The notes: generated from the sequence alone by a model not told the origin. DNA of 64,000 nucleotides from an uncultured Nitrosomonas sp. (GCA_964647635.1 CAZYHY010000001.1:97274-161273), one strand, 5' to 3'. Shown: positions 1-10,955, counted from the stretch's first letter. Numbers and translations: made by a program.

Positions 1-165
1 GCTAACATCGGTGCAGAAACTCTGGCTGATATTTGTCAAAAATTGGAAGATTTTGGAGACAACGACCAAGTCGATGAGGCTGCTAAGCTATTGACTAAGT
101 TCCAGCATGAATTTCTGCAGGTAACCATCGCGCTGGAAAAAATATTGACGGAATATGATGCGTAG
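1..165 (+). CDS. C-terminal end of an Hpt-domain protein, probably a hybrid sensor histidine kinase (partial, runs off the window)
   Basis: Frame +1 reads ANIGAETLADICQKLE...EFLQVTIALEKILTEYDA* with TAG at 163-165; ANIGA..L...C..LE is typical of Hpt domains. Confidence 0.75.
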   Translation, partial: ANIGAETLADICQKLEDFGDNDQVDEAAKLLTKFQHEFLQVTIALEKILTEYDA

Positions 166-221
166 AAATGACTTATTTGTCTTGAATAGAGGCCTCCACA
201 CTTATCAATAAAGGAGCGAAC

Positions 222-1400
222 ATGAGGGATGTTGTCATTTTAAGTGGTGTACGCACAGCGATTGGTGACTACGGCGGCGCGCTTAAACAGTATGCGCCAG
301 CGGATTTGGCGGCAAAAGTCGTTCGTGAAGCGGTATTGCGTGCCAACATTGACCCTCATGACGTGGGGCATGTGGTTTTTGGTAATGTCATACATGGCGA
401 AGCGCGCGATATGTATTTTGCACGTGTTGCCTGTATCAATGGCGGGTTGCCGCAACATGCTTCCGCACTGACCGTTAACCGTTTGTGTGGCAGCGGTTTA
501 CAGGCCATCATTTCGGCCAGCCAGAATATCTTACTCAACGATACCGATGTGGCGATAGCGGGCGGCGCGGAATCCATGAGCCGTGGCGGCTATTTATTAC
601 CGACACTGCGCTGGGGGCAACGTATGAATGACGGCGGTGCCGTGGATATGATGGTTGGTGCATTAACCGACCCGTTTGATCATGTCCACATGGGAATTAC
701 CGCTGAGAATATTGCCGCCAAATGGCACATCAGTCGCGAAGAACAAGATGGGTTTGCGGCAGAAAGCCACCGTCGCGCGTTGCATGCGATCAAAAATGGC
801 TACTTTAAATCGCAAATATTGCCTATCGAGATAACTACCAGCAAAGAGACAATTATTTTTGATACGGATGAACATCCTCGTGCACACACCAGTGCGGAAA
901 GTTTGGCCAAATTACGGCCGGTTTTTCAGAAAAACGGAACTGTCACCGCAGGCAACGCTTCGGGCATCAATGATAGTGCCGCCGCACTGGTGCTGATGGA
1001 AAGCAATGCGGCAGAGCGGCGCGGTTTGAAGCCGCTGGCACGATTGGTTTCCTATGGCCATGCCGGTGTTGATCCAAAATTGATGGGGATCGGACCCATA
1101 CCCGCTGTACATCATGCGCTACAGCGCGCAAACCTTAAAGTGACAGATTTGGATGTCATCGAATCCAACGAGGCTTTTGCCGTGCAAGCCTGTGCGGTTG
1201 CTAAAGAATTACATTTTGATCCGGAAAAAACCAATCCTAACGGCGGTGCTGTGGCATTAGGCCATCCGATTGGCGCAACCGGCAGCATTCTAACGATCAA
1301 GGCCATTTATGAACTGCATCGCTGCGGTGGGCGCTATGCGTTGGTAACTATGTGTATCGGCGGCGGCCAGGGTATAGCGGCGATATTTGAGCGGCTTTGA
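222..1400 (+). CDS. bktB: Acetyl-CoA C-acyltransferase (beta-ketothiolase, BktB-like)
   Basis: NRLCGSG active-site Cys, NEAF, GHPIGATG and CIGGGQG thiolase motifs; AAGGAG RBS. Confidence 0.88.
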   Translation: MRDVVILSGVRTAIGDYGGALKQYAPADLAAKVVREAVLRANIDPHDVGHVVFGNVIHGEARDMYFARVACINGGLPQHASALTVNRLCGSGLQAIISASQNILLNDTDVAIAGGAESMSRGGYLLPTLRWGQRMNDGGAVDMMVGALTDPFDHVHMGITAENIAAKWHISREEQDGFAAESHRRALHAIKNGYFKSQILPIEITTSKETIIFDTDEHPRAHTSAESLAKLRPVFQKNGTVTAGNASGINDSAAALVLMESNAAERRGLKPLARLVSYGHAGVDPKLMGIGPIPAVHHALQRANLKVTDLDVIESNEAFAVQACAVAKELHFDPEKTNPNGGAVALGHPIGATGSILTIKAIYELHRCGGRYALVTMCIGGGQGIAAIFERL

Positions 1401-1536
1401 CAGGTCGTTGGAAAGTTATCTGCGTTGCGGTGTTAAAAAGCAGGCTCAAAATGCTCGTTTATTAAGCATAAATTGCGTTCTTTCGTCTGTTGTTGCCTAG
1501 TGTCGGCTGCCTCAAAAATGTTTTTCAACGACCTGT
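1400..1536. mobile_element. 137-bp MITE-like element with terminal inverted repeats
   Basis: Left end ACAGGTCGTTGGAAA and right end TTTTTCAACGACCTGT are near-perfect inverted repeats; the interior has imperfect nested palindromes and no credible protein. Confidence 0.7.
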
Positions 1537-1631
1537 TGATCAACCACCTGATAGTTTGTTATTGCCTATGTACTTGACAAGCGTATACAGGTGCGTATGG
1601 TTACTATTCCTCAATAAACTCAACCAACATC

Positions 1632-2045
1632 ATGCACTATTTAATTTTATTGCTACTATGCATTATTTCGACGACTGTTTTGGCTCAGCCTTTATCTGAA
1701 CCGGCTGCGAATAAAGATGCAGAAATTGCTCAACTGGAAAAAGACATGGCGCGTATTTCGCAAGAATCGCAAGCTACGTATCAGCAGTTTCTGATGACTC
1801 AGGAATTGCGCCGAAATGAAATGCTGCAGTCGCCCGACACGATACCACTCAACCTGACAGGGAAAAGTATACCTGTCCCCAGCTATGAAGACCTCGTGAA
1901 ACGCAGACAGGAAAAGAATGATCGAATGGAGCAGTACAATACCGATATGGACCGCCTTTATGCGCGCTATCGGGAACTGGAAAGCGAAAGAGAGGCGGTC
2001 TTTGAGAAAATCAAAAGCCTGGAACAAAAAACTACTGAAGAATAA
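1632..2045 (+). CDS. Exported coiled-coil hypothetical protein
   Basis: Hydrophobic signal peptide ending VLA-Q, followed by two heptad-rich helical segments. Confidence 0.75.
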   Translation: MHYLILLLLCIISTTVLAQPLSEPAANKDAEIAQLEKDMARISQESQATYQQFLMTQELRRNEMLQSPDTIPLNLTGKSIPVPSYEDLVKRRQEKNDRMEQYNTDMDRLYARYRELESEREAVFEKIKSLEQKTTEE

Positions 2046-2112
2046 ATTGCAGTGCTGAGGCGGAATATTTTTGTAACTAATCAACTTGCGATTCCCCGTG
2101 GTCTTGCCACGG

Positions 2113-2174
2113 GGTTGTTTATTGCCATTGGCATTGGAATATACTTCATTGATATGAAAGATGTGGAATGACAT
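2113..2174 (-). pseudogene. Short 5' remnant of a gene (MSFHIFHINEVYSNANGNKQ)
   Basis: ATG at 2174 preceded by AGAGGA; from memory the peptide resembles N-termini of secreted Ca-binding proteins (FH...NE.YSNA.G..Q); the resemblance stops after about 20 codons. Confidence 0.35.
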
Positions 2175-2241
2175 TTTCTTTTCCTCTGTATCGTAAAAAG
2201 CACGCATCCGGCACGCAAATCCGACTGACTGCTATTCATTT

Positions 2242-3393
2242 GTGCTGAGATCGATTTCGAATAGCGGTACCGACAGTATCACCTCGAAAACCTGCTGTGC
2301 CTTATACGAAGAAGTGGATGTTGCAATCGACAATGCAGGCGCGCGATCATGGTGTGTCACGAGTGCGAGGCCTTCTCTTTCTGCGCACGACACGCTTGCT
2401 GGCGTCATTCCGTCAGGAATTAAACGATGATTTGCCACAGTGGGCAGCATGGGTTGGCCACATGGCTGACCTTGATGCTCAGGTACGCGCACACGAATTG
2501 CGCAATTTATCTTCCACAATCATGGGGCGACAAAAGGATGCTGTGCTTGATCAACTCAACAGTTGTCGCGATCTATTAGTGAAATTTTGCAACATTCACT
2601 TGACCCACTCGGAATTCCGTTGCCAATTAATGTTGAATTGGAGCAACTTTTTGCCACGTTTGCGCCAGTGTGGGAAGTGGATGTTATGGACGAGAATGAT
2701 CAGATCGGCAGAATACGCTGAGAGAGTGGGCCGGTCGTTGATGTCGCCCATCCCACTGTCTATCGCAAGATTTCACACGCGCGCTTTGGTAATCAGGTGT
2801 TACTGCAGCTGAATTACATCATCTGGATTCCAGCACGATCAGGGAATGATATTTATGCCGGCCAGTTCGACGGCATCAATTGGCGCGTGACTTTAGGGCC
2901 GGATGGTGAACCGTGGCTTTACGATACTATCCATAACTGTGGCTGTTACCATCAGTTTTTTCTGAGCCATCGGCTGCATTTGCGTAAAGATCTTCCTTCT
3001 ACCTATTTTGAATCACCGCTACTGCCGCAACCGGCGCCAGAACAACAACCCGTGGTGCTACGCATTGCACATCATACCCATTTCATTCAACGGATTTATC
3101 ATGATAACGCGCCGGACGGTCAAGCATCGGCGATACCAATGGATCTACCGGCGTTGTGGGAAGATTATAATGAATTGCGTTCTTTGTCCCATGACGGCGG
3201 ATATCGCAGCGTGTTCAGTCAGTATGGATTGATCGCCGGAACGGAACAATCGGAGCGTTTTCTGTTGTGGCCTATGGGTGTCCGCTCGCCAGGCGCAATG
3301 CGTCAATGGGGGCGTCATGCCACGACTTTTGTCGGGTGCCGGCATTTTGATGATGCGTTTTTGATCGAATCGCTATTTGAGAGGGAGCCATAA
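2242..3393 (+). pseudogene. Disrupted conserved hypothetical gene upstream of the DUF3047 gene
   Basis: Plausible protein runs in frame 1 (LYEEVDVAIDNAG), shifts to frame 2 near 2340 (RDHGVSRV...FLRTTRLLASFR), returns to frame 1 (EQLFATFAPVWEVD), has an in-frame TGA at 2719-2721, then continues into ORF 2797..3393 (HNCGCYH, RQWGRHAT). Confidence 0.7.
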
Positions 3394-3397
3394 AGAA

Positions 3398-4039
3398 ATG
3401 AGAACATACTTCCTTTGGGTCGTAATCTGTCTGCCGGCAATTGCATGGGCGCAAGGCGAACACATCGATATCGCCCGCTTTTCACAGGGCGATCTGAATG
3501 GTTGGCAGACAAAAGGTTTTGCCGGGGAAACCTACTATGTCTTGGAAAAATCGGGGAGCCAGTTTGCTTTGCGCGCTGATAGCAGTGCCGCTGCTTCGGG
3601 GCGTTATCGTGAAGTTAGCATCGATCTCAACAAAACGCCCATTTTGAATTGGATGTGGAAGGTTGACGGTATATTGGCAGGAAATGATGAACGTACTCGC
3701 AAAGGCGACGACTATCCTGCACGGCTGTATGTGGTATTTTCCGGCGGTACGATGTTCTGGCGCACCCGCGCCATTAATTATGTATGGTCGAACAAACAGC
3801 CGATCGGTAGCAGTTGGCCCAATGCGTTTACCGAACGTGCGCACATGATCGCAATTGAGTCAGGTCCCGACTGGGCTGGTCAGTGGGTGCGCGAACGCCG
3901 GGACGTACGCGCCGATTACCGGCGTGCGTTTGGTGAAGAGCCGGGTCATGTCGATGCTGTGGCAATCATGACCGATACCGATAACACCGGCTTGGTTGCG
4001 ACAGCATGGTATGGGGATATCTGGTTTACAGACCGCTGA
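3398..4039 (+). CDS. DUF3047 family exported protein
   Basis: Signal peptide (AWA-Q), W.WKV, GDDYPARLYVVF, INYVWS and AIMTDTDNTG motifs; start taken at ATG 3398. Confidence 0.85.
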   Translation: MRTYFLWVVICLPAIAWAQGEHIDIARFSQGDLNGWQTKGFAGETYYVLEKSGSQFALRADSSAAASGRYREVSIDLNKTPILNWMWKVDGILAGNDERTRKGDDYPARLYVVFSGGTMFWRTRAINYVWSNKQPIGSSWPNAFTERAHMIAIESGPDWAGQWVRERRDVRADYRRAFGEEPGHVDAVAIMTDTDNTGLVATAWYGDIWFTDR

Positions 4040-4100
4040 AACTACTGTCCTGATGCGCGATCATGGCATCGCTTAAAGCCGTGTTGATTGCCGTTATGCG

Positions 4101-4451
4101 CTATTTCTTTATCCAGTTGCCATTGACTTGAATCCAAGTTCCTGCAGGGACTTTCTTGAATATTTCTTCTGCATATACTTTCCCCACTTGATCAATAGCG
4201 ATGCCCTGAGCAGTTGCCTTTTGTTGGTAGATTATTTTGCGTTGCGCGTTAATTGCATCAGCTTCTGCTCGGGCACCGGATTCTCTGGCCACGACATAGC
4301 CGTCATAGCGTTCACCAATTGCCCCGGATGCGCGCAAATTCTCCAGATTGTCGGCCCATACGGATGTTCCACTGAGCGACAACGCCAGTACAATAGCATT
4401 CAGCATTCCCAACAGGGGTTTTGTCGTCGTTATCTTTGGAATACGTAGCAT
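4101..4451 (-). CDS. ydbL: YdbL family (DUF1318) periplasmic protein
   Basis: GE..DGY, IN..R...Y and G.W.Q...W..K pattern; third gene after ydbH-ynbE. Confidence 0.85.
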   Translation of the reverse strand: MLRIPKITTTKPLLGMLNAIVLALSLSGTSVWADNLENLRASGAIGERYDGYVVARESGARAEADAINAQRKIIYQQKATAQGIAIDQVGKVYAEEIFKKVPAGTWIQVNGNWIKK

Positions 4452-4477
4452 ATTTATTCTCCTTATATGATGAAGTC

Positions 4478-4693
4478 TTAGAAAATACCGGGATTGGCGG
4501 CTATATCTTTCTTAGCCTCTTCTTCAAGCTTTACTCGAATATCTGCATCCAACTTGATATTGAGGTTAATCGTGATTGGTTCCTGCGGTGCTTCGACTTT
4601 CACTGTGGGTGCGCACGCAGTGATTATCAAGCAGCAAAGAATCGGTATTGCTTTGATACTTATTTTATTTGTTATTCGATCAATGTTGCGCAT
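4478..4693 (-). CDS. ynbE: YnbE family lipoprotein
   Basis: Lipobox ITAC, PTVKVEAP..PITINLNIK, C-terminal GIF. Confidence 0.9.
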   Translation of the reverse strand: MRNIDRITNKISIKAIPILCCLIITACAPTVKVEAPQEPITINLNIKLDADIRVKLEEEAKKDIAANPGIF

Positions 4694-4791
4694 AACTGCA
4701 CTCCTTTTTTGATAGATTCCCGAGCCACACTCCGACCGGAAATTCGGTAATGAGCCTCTTTGCTCTGTGTCCGCATTTAGCGAAGCATAGC

Positions 4792-7257
4792 TTAATTTAA
4801 CTTGAACGAGCTACGCAGAATTTCATGGGATAGGCCGTACCCTTGATTGATCGCCTGCAGAATTTTATCAATATTCGTTTCAAGCTTGATATTTAAACGG
4901 AATGCTTGTCCGTCTTTAATCTTGGGATTATTTCCCAGCATGGAAAATTTAACTACTAAATCATGCGCCACCGATTTATCCAGATGCAGTGACAGTTCGG
5001 TGTAATGAAAATCTTCCATGGCTTGCAGCAACAAATTCATTTCGTCACCGGCGGAGGCTAACAGTTGCGAGGCCTTCTCGGACTTGAAGTGCAATGTGCC
5101 CGGCGCCTTGGCTACAAGATGGCCGTTGGTTATCGTCACTTGATTATTTTTTAGCATAAGTGGAATCTGACCGTCCAGGCGCCCAATACCTGCAAGCCCG
5201 TCAACTTTGATCAGGTTAAAAAAAGCTTCCAGATCAATGTTGTTTATCTGGATCAGCGTATCGGCGTGCGCAGCAGCAGGGTCGATAACAGTGGGTGCCA
5301 CTGACACTACGCCGTCCATCATGGAAAATTGCGTTTTTTCAAGCGCGATGCGAGGAGAATCGGCGCCGATAATATGGTAGGAAACCAGCAAATTCTCCAG
5401 TGGAATACCAGCATCGATGCGCCGGATGGTGATCGTTTGCTGGGGCGGACTGCTGAGCGCTAACAAATTATCTAAATTAAGCGCCACATTTAGATCGTTT
5501 ACTTTTACGGCTTCACGTGCAAACGACATGTTGTGCAGTTCAAATGTGCCGCGACTAGTGCTCACACCTTTCGCAGACCATTTGAATTGGGTATTGGCGC
5601 TGATTTGACCGCTCACATCTTCCAACTGTGCCAGAACCGGGGAGAGTGCTCTAGGTTGTAGCTTATGCGGCAAAAACTTTAATGGTGTAATCTCGGCCTT
5701 CAGCATGCCATTACCACTAATGGGCTCATGCCTACCGGTAATTTTTAAATAAGGTAAGCTTGGCAAACCGCCTATAACATCCAATGCATACACTGCCGGT
5801 TTTCCATCGACTGCTTTGTTGCGGATGTTGCCGGAAATTGACAGCGCTGCAAATAGCGGCTCGGGTGCCAGATGTTGCAGTCGGCCGATGGCAAAATCTG
5901 CAGCATTGCCAATTTCGGTATGATTCACGTGCACGGTGGCTGAGATATTCTGTACTTGCAAGTGAGACTGCGGCAGATGCAAGGCTGTGTCATTGATAAC
6001 AAATTGGCCCCGGTATTCTTTGTGGGTATCGAATTCTCCAGTTATGGCTATTTTTCCTGGGCGAACCTGTATTTCAGTGGTTGGAGATCCGGTACGTTCG
6101 GCATGCAGCGTAAGGTTGCTGGGTACGACGGCGATGTCATGTTTGAGAGCGAAACCTTGTGGTCTTTTTACCAGCTCCAGATCTGCCTGGGAAATTGCAA
6201 GATCAGGAGCGTTTTGGAAGCGCAAGGGATAGCGAGACTCAATCTTACCCAATGTCACGTGTCCCGGACTGCGCAATCCGATGCGCCCGATATCCTGGCT
6301 GAAATTAATCCGCAGCGGCACAGCAACGGATAATTGCCGGATATTCAACGAGTCCGCAGTCAGTTGCCCGCCATCGACGGCCACATCGAGTTCGCCAATC
6401 CAAGCGTTCGCTAATCCACGAACATCTCCTTTGAGGGCGATGTGATGAATGGCTGCATCACGTAATGTCAATGCCGTCTGATTTTCATCAGTCGGCGCAG
6501 ATACTGGTTTTGCTGATTCTTTTCCCTGTAGTTTGAGACCTGATAGCGCGAACTCTGTCTGGACATGCTGTAACTGTAATGCGGCAAGCGCAAAAGCTGT
6601 TTCACCTGCAAAGCTGGAAATTTTGACCTCAGGGGTATTCAGCATGCCATCTGCAACAGTGAGCTTGCCCTGTACATTGCCTTGTGTATCCAGAGTCGCA
6701 GTCAGCATGACTTTGGCTTGACCCAGCGAACCGGTGGTGATGGCATTGAGGCGTATTGCCCGTGTATCCGAACGGTCTTGTGCAATGTCGCCGGACAAAG
6801 CAATCACTGCATCACCTGTCGTCGAATGTAGGTGAATCGCTGAATCCTTAAGTGAAAAGACAGGTAACCAAGCGATGCTGATATCTTTCCCAGGCGTTGA
6901 AGTCATCGGCTGCATAGAATTCACAGGAGTACGTTCTTGTTTCAGATCGAGTACCACCTTTAGGCCACTAATTTCAACCGAAATCGGTTTTCTGGCGAGT
7001 AGGCCTTGTAAATCCCAGCCCACCAGAATTTTATCAGCACGCAGTTCCTTGTTATTACCCGCTGCTACATCGTGCAATCGGAGTGTACTGAGCGAGAGTT
7101 CTTTAACGATAATGGATTGAAGCGGCAGACCTTGTTTGCGCAACTGATTACTGATAAGCGCTTCCAACAGGGAATGGCGAAACGCATAAAGACCAACTCC
7201 AGCAAGCGTGATGAGACTAATCAGAACCAGTAACCCAGTTGTTAGCTGTTTACCCAT
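4792..7257 (-). CDS. ydbH: YdbH family AsmA-like intermembrane lipid transport protein
   Basis: N-terminal membrane anchor, long beta-rich body, C-terminal G...G.IP and F.Y..L motifs; synteny with ynbE-ydbL. Confidence 0.85.
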   Translation of the reverse strand: MGKQLTTGLLVLISLITLAGVGLYAFRHSLLEALISNQLRKQGLPLQSIIVKELSLSTLRLHDVAAGNNKELRADKILVGWDLQGLLARKPISVEISGLKVVLDLKQERTPVNSMQPMTSTPGKDISIAWLPVFSLKDSAIHLHSTTGDAVIALSGDIAQDRSDTRAIRLNAITTGSLGQAKVMLTATLDTQGNVQGKLTVADGMLNTPEVKISSFAGETAFALAALQLQHVQTEFALSGLKLQGKESAKPVSAPTDENQTALTLRDAAIHHIALKGDVRGLANAWIGELDVAVDGGQLTADSLNIRQLSVAVPLRINFSQDIGRIGLRSPGHVTLGKIESRYPLRFQNAPDLAISQADLELVKRPQGFALKHDIAVVPSNLTLHAERTGSPTTEIQVRPGKIAITGEFDTHKEYRGQFVINDTALHLPQSHLQVQNISATVHVNHTEIGNAADFAIGRLQHLAPEPLFAALSISGNIRNKAVDGKPAVYALDVIGGLPSLPYLKITGRHEPISGNGMLKAEITPLKFLPHKLQPRALSPVLAQLEDVSGQISANTQFKWSAKGVSTSRGTFELHNMSFAREAVKVNDLNVALNLDNLLALSSPPQQTITIRRIDAGIPLENLLVSYHIIGADSPRIALEKTQFSMMDGVVSVAPTVIDPAAAHADTLIQINNIDLEAFFNLIKVDGLAGIGRLDGQIPLMLKNNQVTITNGHLVAKAPGTLHFKSEKASQLLASAGDEMNLLLQAMEDFHYTELSLHLDKSVAHDLVVKFSMLGNNPKIKDGQAFRLNIKLETNIDKILQAINQGYGLSHEILRSSFKLN

Positions 7258-7447
7258 CGGATTAATTGCGCTTGCAATGGTTCATGCTGTTTCCTCAATA
7301 GGCAGCCTGCGGCGGTTTAAACGTAGTGCTTTGAGTTTTTCAAATTAGAGACTATCACGTCTGCAGCTAAAACGAAATTCGATTCCTTCTCGCTGCTGGT
7401 AAAAGACAAATTTTGCCAACTGATATTTAGCAAAATTCCTGAGAGGT

Positions 7448-7760
7448 TTACGATAGCTCGAGCTTCTCGCACTTCCAAGGACTGTCAAGCGTGATATAAG
7501 CGCCGTTTTGATGCCGATGTCTGCCAGTCATTTGCGCAAATAGATTGGCCATGAATTTTGATTCATTATCACTGCGAATGTATTTTGGGATACCATGAAC
7601 TATCCCTGCATTGGTTAATTGGACGATCACTTCATTAGCGCCGATGCATCTGGTACAGTGATTATCCAGACAGGTTCGACTGAATTCGTCGATCATGGTG
7701 GTGATACGAATTTTGCGACCAGTCGTGCGTTCAAGCGCAGGCAACATTAGAAAAGCTAAT
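7448..7760 (-). pseudogene. Decayed IS3-family transposase (integrase core) fragment
   Basis: GRKIR..TMIDEFSRTCL, HGIPKYIRSDN and AYI...SPW are rve-core motifs, with frameshifts and a stop between them; no terminal repeats seen. Confidence 0.8.
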
Positions 7761-7856
7761 TGAAAGTTTGTAAGCGCGTGTTGTTTTACCAATGTAGCAT
7801 CGACTGGCCTGCGCAAATGTGCAAATAGATACTAAATAGTTTTCTAGGAGGACTGT

Positions 7857-8168
7857 ATGCTGGTGACATTTACAACCGATGTTTTTGCCGACATTACCAT
7901 GTTTGAAAAAGACGCGCACATCATGCTGAAAATGATGGGACATAGCGGAATCATACCCAGTGCAATTTTGGCAGAAGACGTGCCTGCGGCACTGAATCGT
8001 TTAACAGCGGCGATTAATTCAGAAAATGCCCCGTTGCCAATTGATGAGGATAAAGGAGATGATGAGGATGCGCATGAGCCTGTGGTGAGCTTGGCTAATC
8101 GAGCGCTGCCATTAATTAATCTACTTACTGCCGCAGCAAATGAAGGATGTAATGTAATGTGGAAATAA
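7857..8168 (+). CDS. DUF1840 family protein
   Basis: MLVTF....ADITMF....MLKMMGHSG..P, VSL..RA.PLI.LL, C-terminal VMW; AGGAGG RBS. Confidence 0.85.
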   Translation: MLVTFTTDVFADITMFEKDAHIMLKMMGHSGIIPSAILAEDVPAALNRLTAAINSENAPLPIDEDKGDDEDAHEPVVSLANRALPLINLLTAAANEGCNVMWK

Positions 8169-8521
8169 ATGGTTATCCGTAGCAATCTCATGCTGAAAAC
8201 ATATAAATATGTGCCTTTTACTACTATAAGGTAACATAAAATTTTAATATTTTTACGATAGAGTATATATAATGTAGTAGATTGATGTGTCGATGGGCTG
8301 AGCACGAGCCAAATTCCGCATCTGCGTGAACTGACGACGCAATCCCGGCATTGCAAGTTGACTAGCTGAGTGTGGTATTGTTCTGACATAAATCTAGTGA
8401 CAATTGAAGCTTTCTTGATTAGAGTAACACGGGTTTCAATGAATGCAGGAGTGTAGATTTACTAATGAAGCCAGAGCTGCTTGTAACGTTGGCTTTGTTC
8501 AATTTAGCAAGGAGAATCAAG

Positions 8522-9541
8522 ATGCATATTGGCATGATTGGGTTAGGGCGAATGGGAGCTAGTTTAGCGCGGCGCTTGACCAAAAAAGGTCACAAGTGTG
8601 TAGTTTACGATGTAAATCCGGATGTTGTGAATCAGGTCGCAGGCCAGGACATTCAGGGTGCTACATCGATTGACGATCTAGTCCAGAAATTGACTACACC
8701 ACGCGCGGTATGGGTGATGGTTCCCGCAGCCGTGACAGGCAAAACGGTCGAAGAACTGGCTTCGAGCATGGATGCCGGAGATATCATCATCGACGGCGGT
8801 AATAGTTACTACCACGACGATATCCTTAGAGCGAAAAAACTCCAACTGAAGAATATTCATTACGTAGATTGCGGCACTAGCGGTGGCGTGTTCGGAGAAG
8901 AGCGCGGGTATTGTTTGATGATTGGTGGAGAAGATCAGATCGTCAAGCACCTGGATCCAATTTTCAGGAGCATCGCACCAGGTGTCGAGGCAGCGGCACG
9001 CACCCCAGGCAAGAAAGATACGCCTAGTCCTGCAGAGCATGGGTATCTGCATTGCGGCCCCGTGGGCGCAGGGCACTTCGTCAAGATGGTTCACAACGGC
9101 ATTGAGTATGGTCTCATGGCAGCTTATGCTGAAGGGCTAAATATTCTGCATAATGCCAATATCGGTAAGCGTTCATACGATAGTGATGCTGAGACCACCC
9201 CGATGCGCAACCCGGAATATTACCAATATGACCTGGATCTGACACAGATCGCGGAAGTCTGGCGGCGCGGCAGTGTGGTTTCATCATGGCTCCTTGATCT
9301 AACAGCGGCGGCGCTGGTCGAAGATGCAGAGCTTACTGGCTTCTCCGGACGTGTATCGGATTCAGGAGAGGGACGCTGGACGGCTTTGGCTGCTATTGAT
9401 GAAGGCGTGCCGACCCCGGTAATCAGTGCGGCATTATTTGAACGCTTCGCGTCGCGCGGCGAGGCCGACTATGCCGATCGACTTTTGTCCGCGATGAGAA
9501 AGCAGTTTGGCGGACATGACGAGAAAAAAACGGGAGGCTGA
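8522..9541 (+). CDS. gnd: Decarboxylating 6-phosphogluconate dehydrogenase, short type, probably NAD-preferring
   Basis: [48 protein letters not shown] before ATG 8522. Confidence 0.93.
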   Translation: MHIGMIGLGRMGASLARRLTKKGHKCVVYDVNPDVVNQVAGQDIQGATSIDDLVQKLTTPRAVWVMVPAAVTGKTVEELASSMDAGDIIIDGGNSYYHDDILRAKKLQLKNIHYVDCGTSGGVFGEERGYCLMIGGEDQIVKHLDPIFRSIAPGVEAAARTPGKKDTPSPAEHGYLHCGPVGAGHFVKMVHNGIEYGLMAAYAEGLNILHNANIGKRSYDSDAETTPMRNPEYYQYDLDLTQIAEVWRRGSVVSSWLLDLTAAALVEDAELTGFSGRVSDSGEGRWTALAAIDEGVPTPVISAALFERFASRGEADYADRLLSAMRKQFGGHDEKKTGG

Positions 9542-9542
9542 G

Positions 9543-10955
9543 GTGAGGATTATCTATGATCGTACGACATTAGCAGATGCGTTAGTGATATTTGGTGTAA
9601 CAGGTGATCTTGCCCACAAGATGATTTTTCCGGCACTCTATGCGATGGCAAAGCATGGTACTCTCAATGTGCCGGTGATAGGCGTTGCCTCATCAGATTG
9701 GGATCTGGTGCAACTACGCAATCAGGCGAAGGAGAGCATAAAGAAATCCACTGAGATCGATGATCAAAGTGCCCTTAATCACCTTCTTTCCTTGCTCCAA
9801 TATGTCAGCGGCGATTACAACGACCCCAATACTTTCAAAGCCCTCAAGCAAGCATTGGGTGATGCCCAGCGTCCGACGCATTATCTTGCCATTCCGCCTG
9901 CGCTGTTCGCGACGGTTATTAAAGGGCTTGGAGCTACTGGTTTGGCAAACCAAGCGCGCCTCATTGTTGAAAAACCGTTCGGACGTGATCTGGCCTCCGC
10001 TCGAGAGCTTAACCGCACCGTGCTAGCGGTGTTTCCGGAAGATTCAATTTTTCGCATCGACCATTATCTCGGAAAGGAGGCGATCATGAATATCCTCTAT
10101 TTCCGTTTTGCCAATTCTTTTCTTGAGCCGTTCTGGAATCGTAACTATGTTGCCAGCGTACAGATTACGCTATGCGAAGATTTTGGCGTGAAGGGCCGTG
10201 GTGCTTTTTACGAAAGTGTCGGTTGTTTGCGTGACGTTATTCAAAATCACCTGTTTCAGATCGTTGCCCTGCTTGCTATGGAAGCGCCGGCCTATCAAGG
10301 TTTTGGTGCCGTTCATAGCGAGAAAGCTAAAGTGTTCCAGGCAATGCGCCCTTTGCATCCGGATGACGTAGTGCGTGGACAGTACGCCGGGTATCGACAA
10401 GAATCTGGTGTAGCGGAGAACTCAAATGTCGAGACATTCTGCGCTCTGAGGCTGCATATAGATTCGTGGCGTTGGGAGGGGGTACCTTGGTACCTGCGAT
10501 CTGGAAAATTTATGGCCACTAAAGCAGTCGAAGTCTTAGTGGAATTAAAGCCGCCACCGCAAAAATTGTTCGATGATTCAGCAGCGCCAAATGGACGCGC
10601 TAATTATCTACGCTTCCGGCTTTCCCCCAATTCTGCGCTTGCCCTTGCGGCGCGTGTCAAACATGTAGGTAAGGAATTTATCGGCGATCAGCGCGAACTT
10701 TTCCTGCTGGATGAACAACCGGAAGAAGAAACGCCTTACGAACGACTATTAAGTGACGCAATGGCGGGCGATGGCGCGCTTTTCACCCGTGCGGACGCGG
10801 TTGATGCCGCTTGGGCGGTGATCGATCCCATTCTTGATATTCCTCGAACTGTCTATCCCTACGAGCCGGGCAGCTGGGGGCCAAAGCAAGCTGACGCGCT
10901 TTTTGATGCCGGCGGAAGCTGGCATAACCCAATGCCGATGAAGGAGAAAAAATGA
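9543..10955 (+). CDS. zwf: Glucose-6-phosphate 1-dehydrogenase
   Basis: [20 protein letters not shown] and RW.GVP motifs; start uncertain, GTG 9543 after GGAGG chosen. Confidence 0.93.
   Translation: MRIIYDRTTLADALVIFGVTGDLAHKMIFPALYAMAKHGTLNVPVIGVASSDWDLVQLRNQAKESIKKSTEIDDQSALNHLLSLLQYVSGDYNDPNTFKALKQALGDAQRPTHYLAIPPALFATVIKGLGATGLANQARLIVEKPFGRDLASARELNRTVLAVFPEDSIFRIDHYLGKEAIMNILYFRFANSFLEPFWNRNYVASVQITLCEDFGVKGRGAFYESVGCLRDVIQNHLFQIVALLAMEAPAYQGFGAVHSEKAKVFQAMRPLHPDDVVRGQYAGYRQESGVAENSNVETFCALRLHIDSWRWEGVPWYLRSGKFMATKAVEVLVELKPPPQKLFDDSAAPNGRANYLRFRLSPNSALALAARVKHVGKEFIGDQRELFLLDEQPEEETPYERLLSDAMAGDGALFTRADAVDAAWAVIDPILDIPRTVYPYEPGSWGPKQADALFDAGGSWHNPMPMKEKK

Noticed and set aside
222..1400. 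Possible PHA synthesis locus suggested by the BktB-like thiolase
   Set aside because: No phaB, phaC or phasin gene in the window
1490..1699. 69-aa ORF starting inside the MITE-like element
   Set aside because: Spans the repeat end and overlaps the better-supported 1632..2045 gene in another frame
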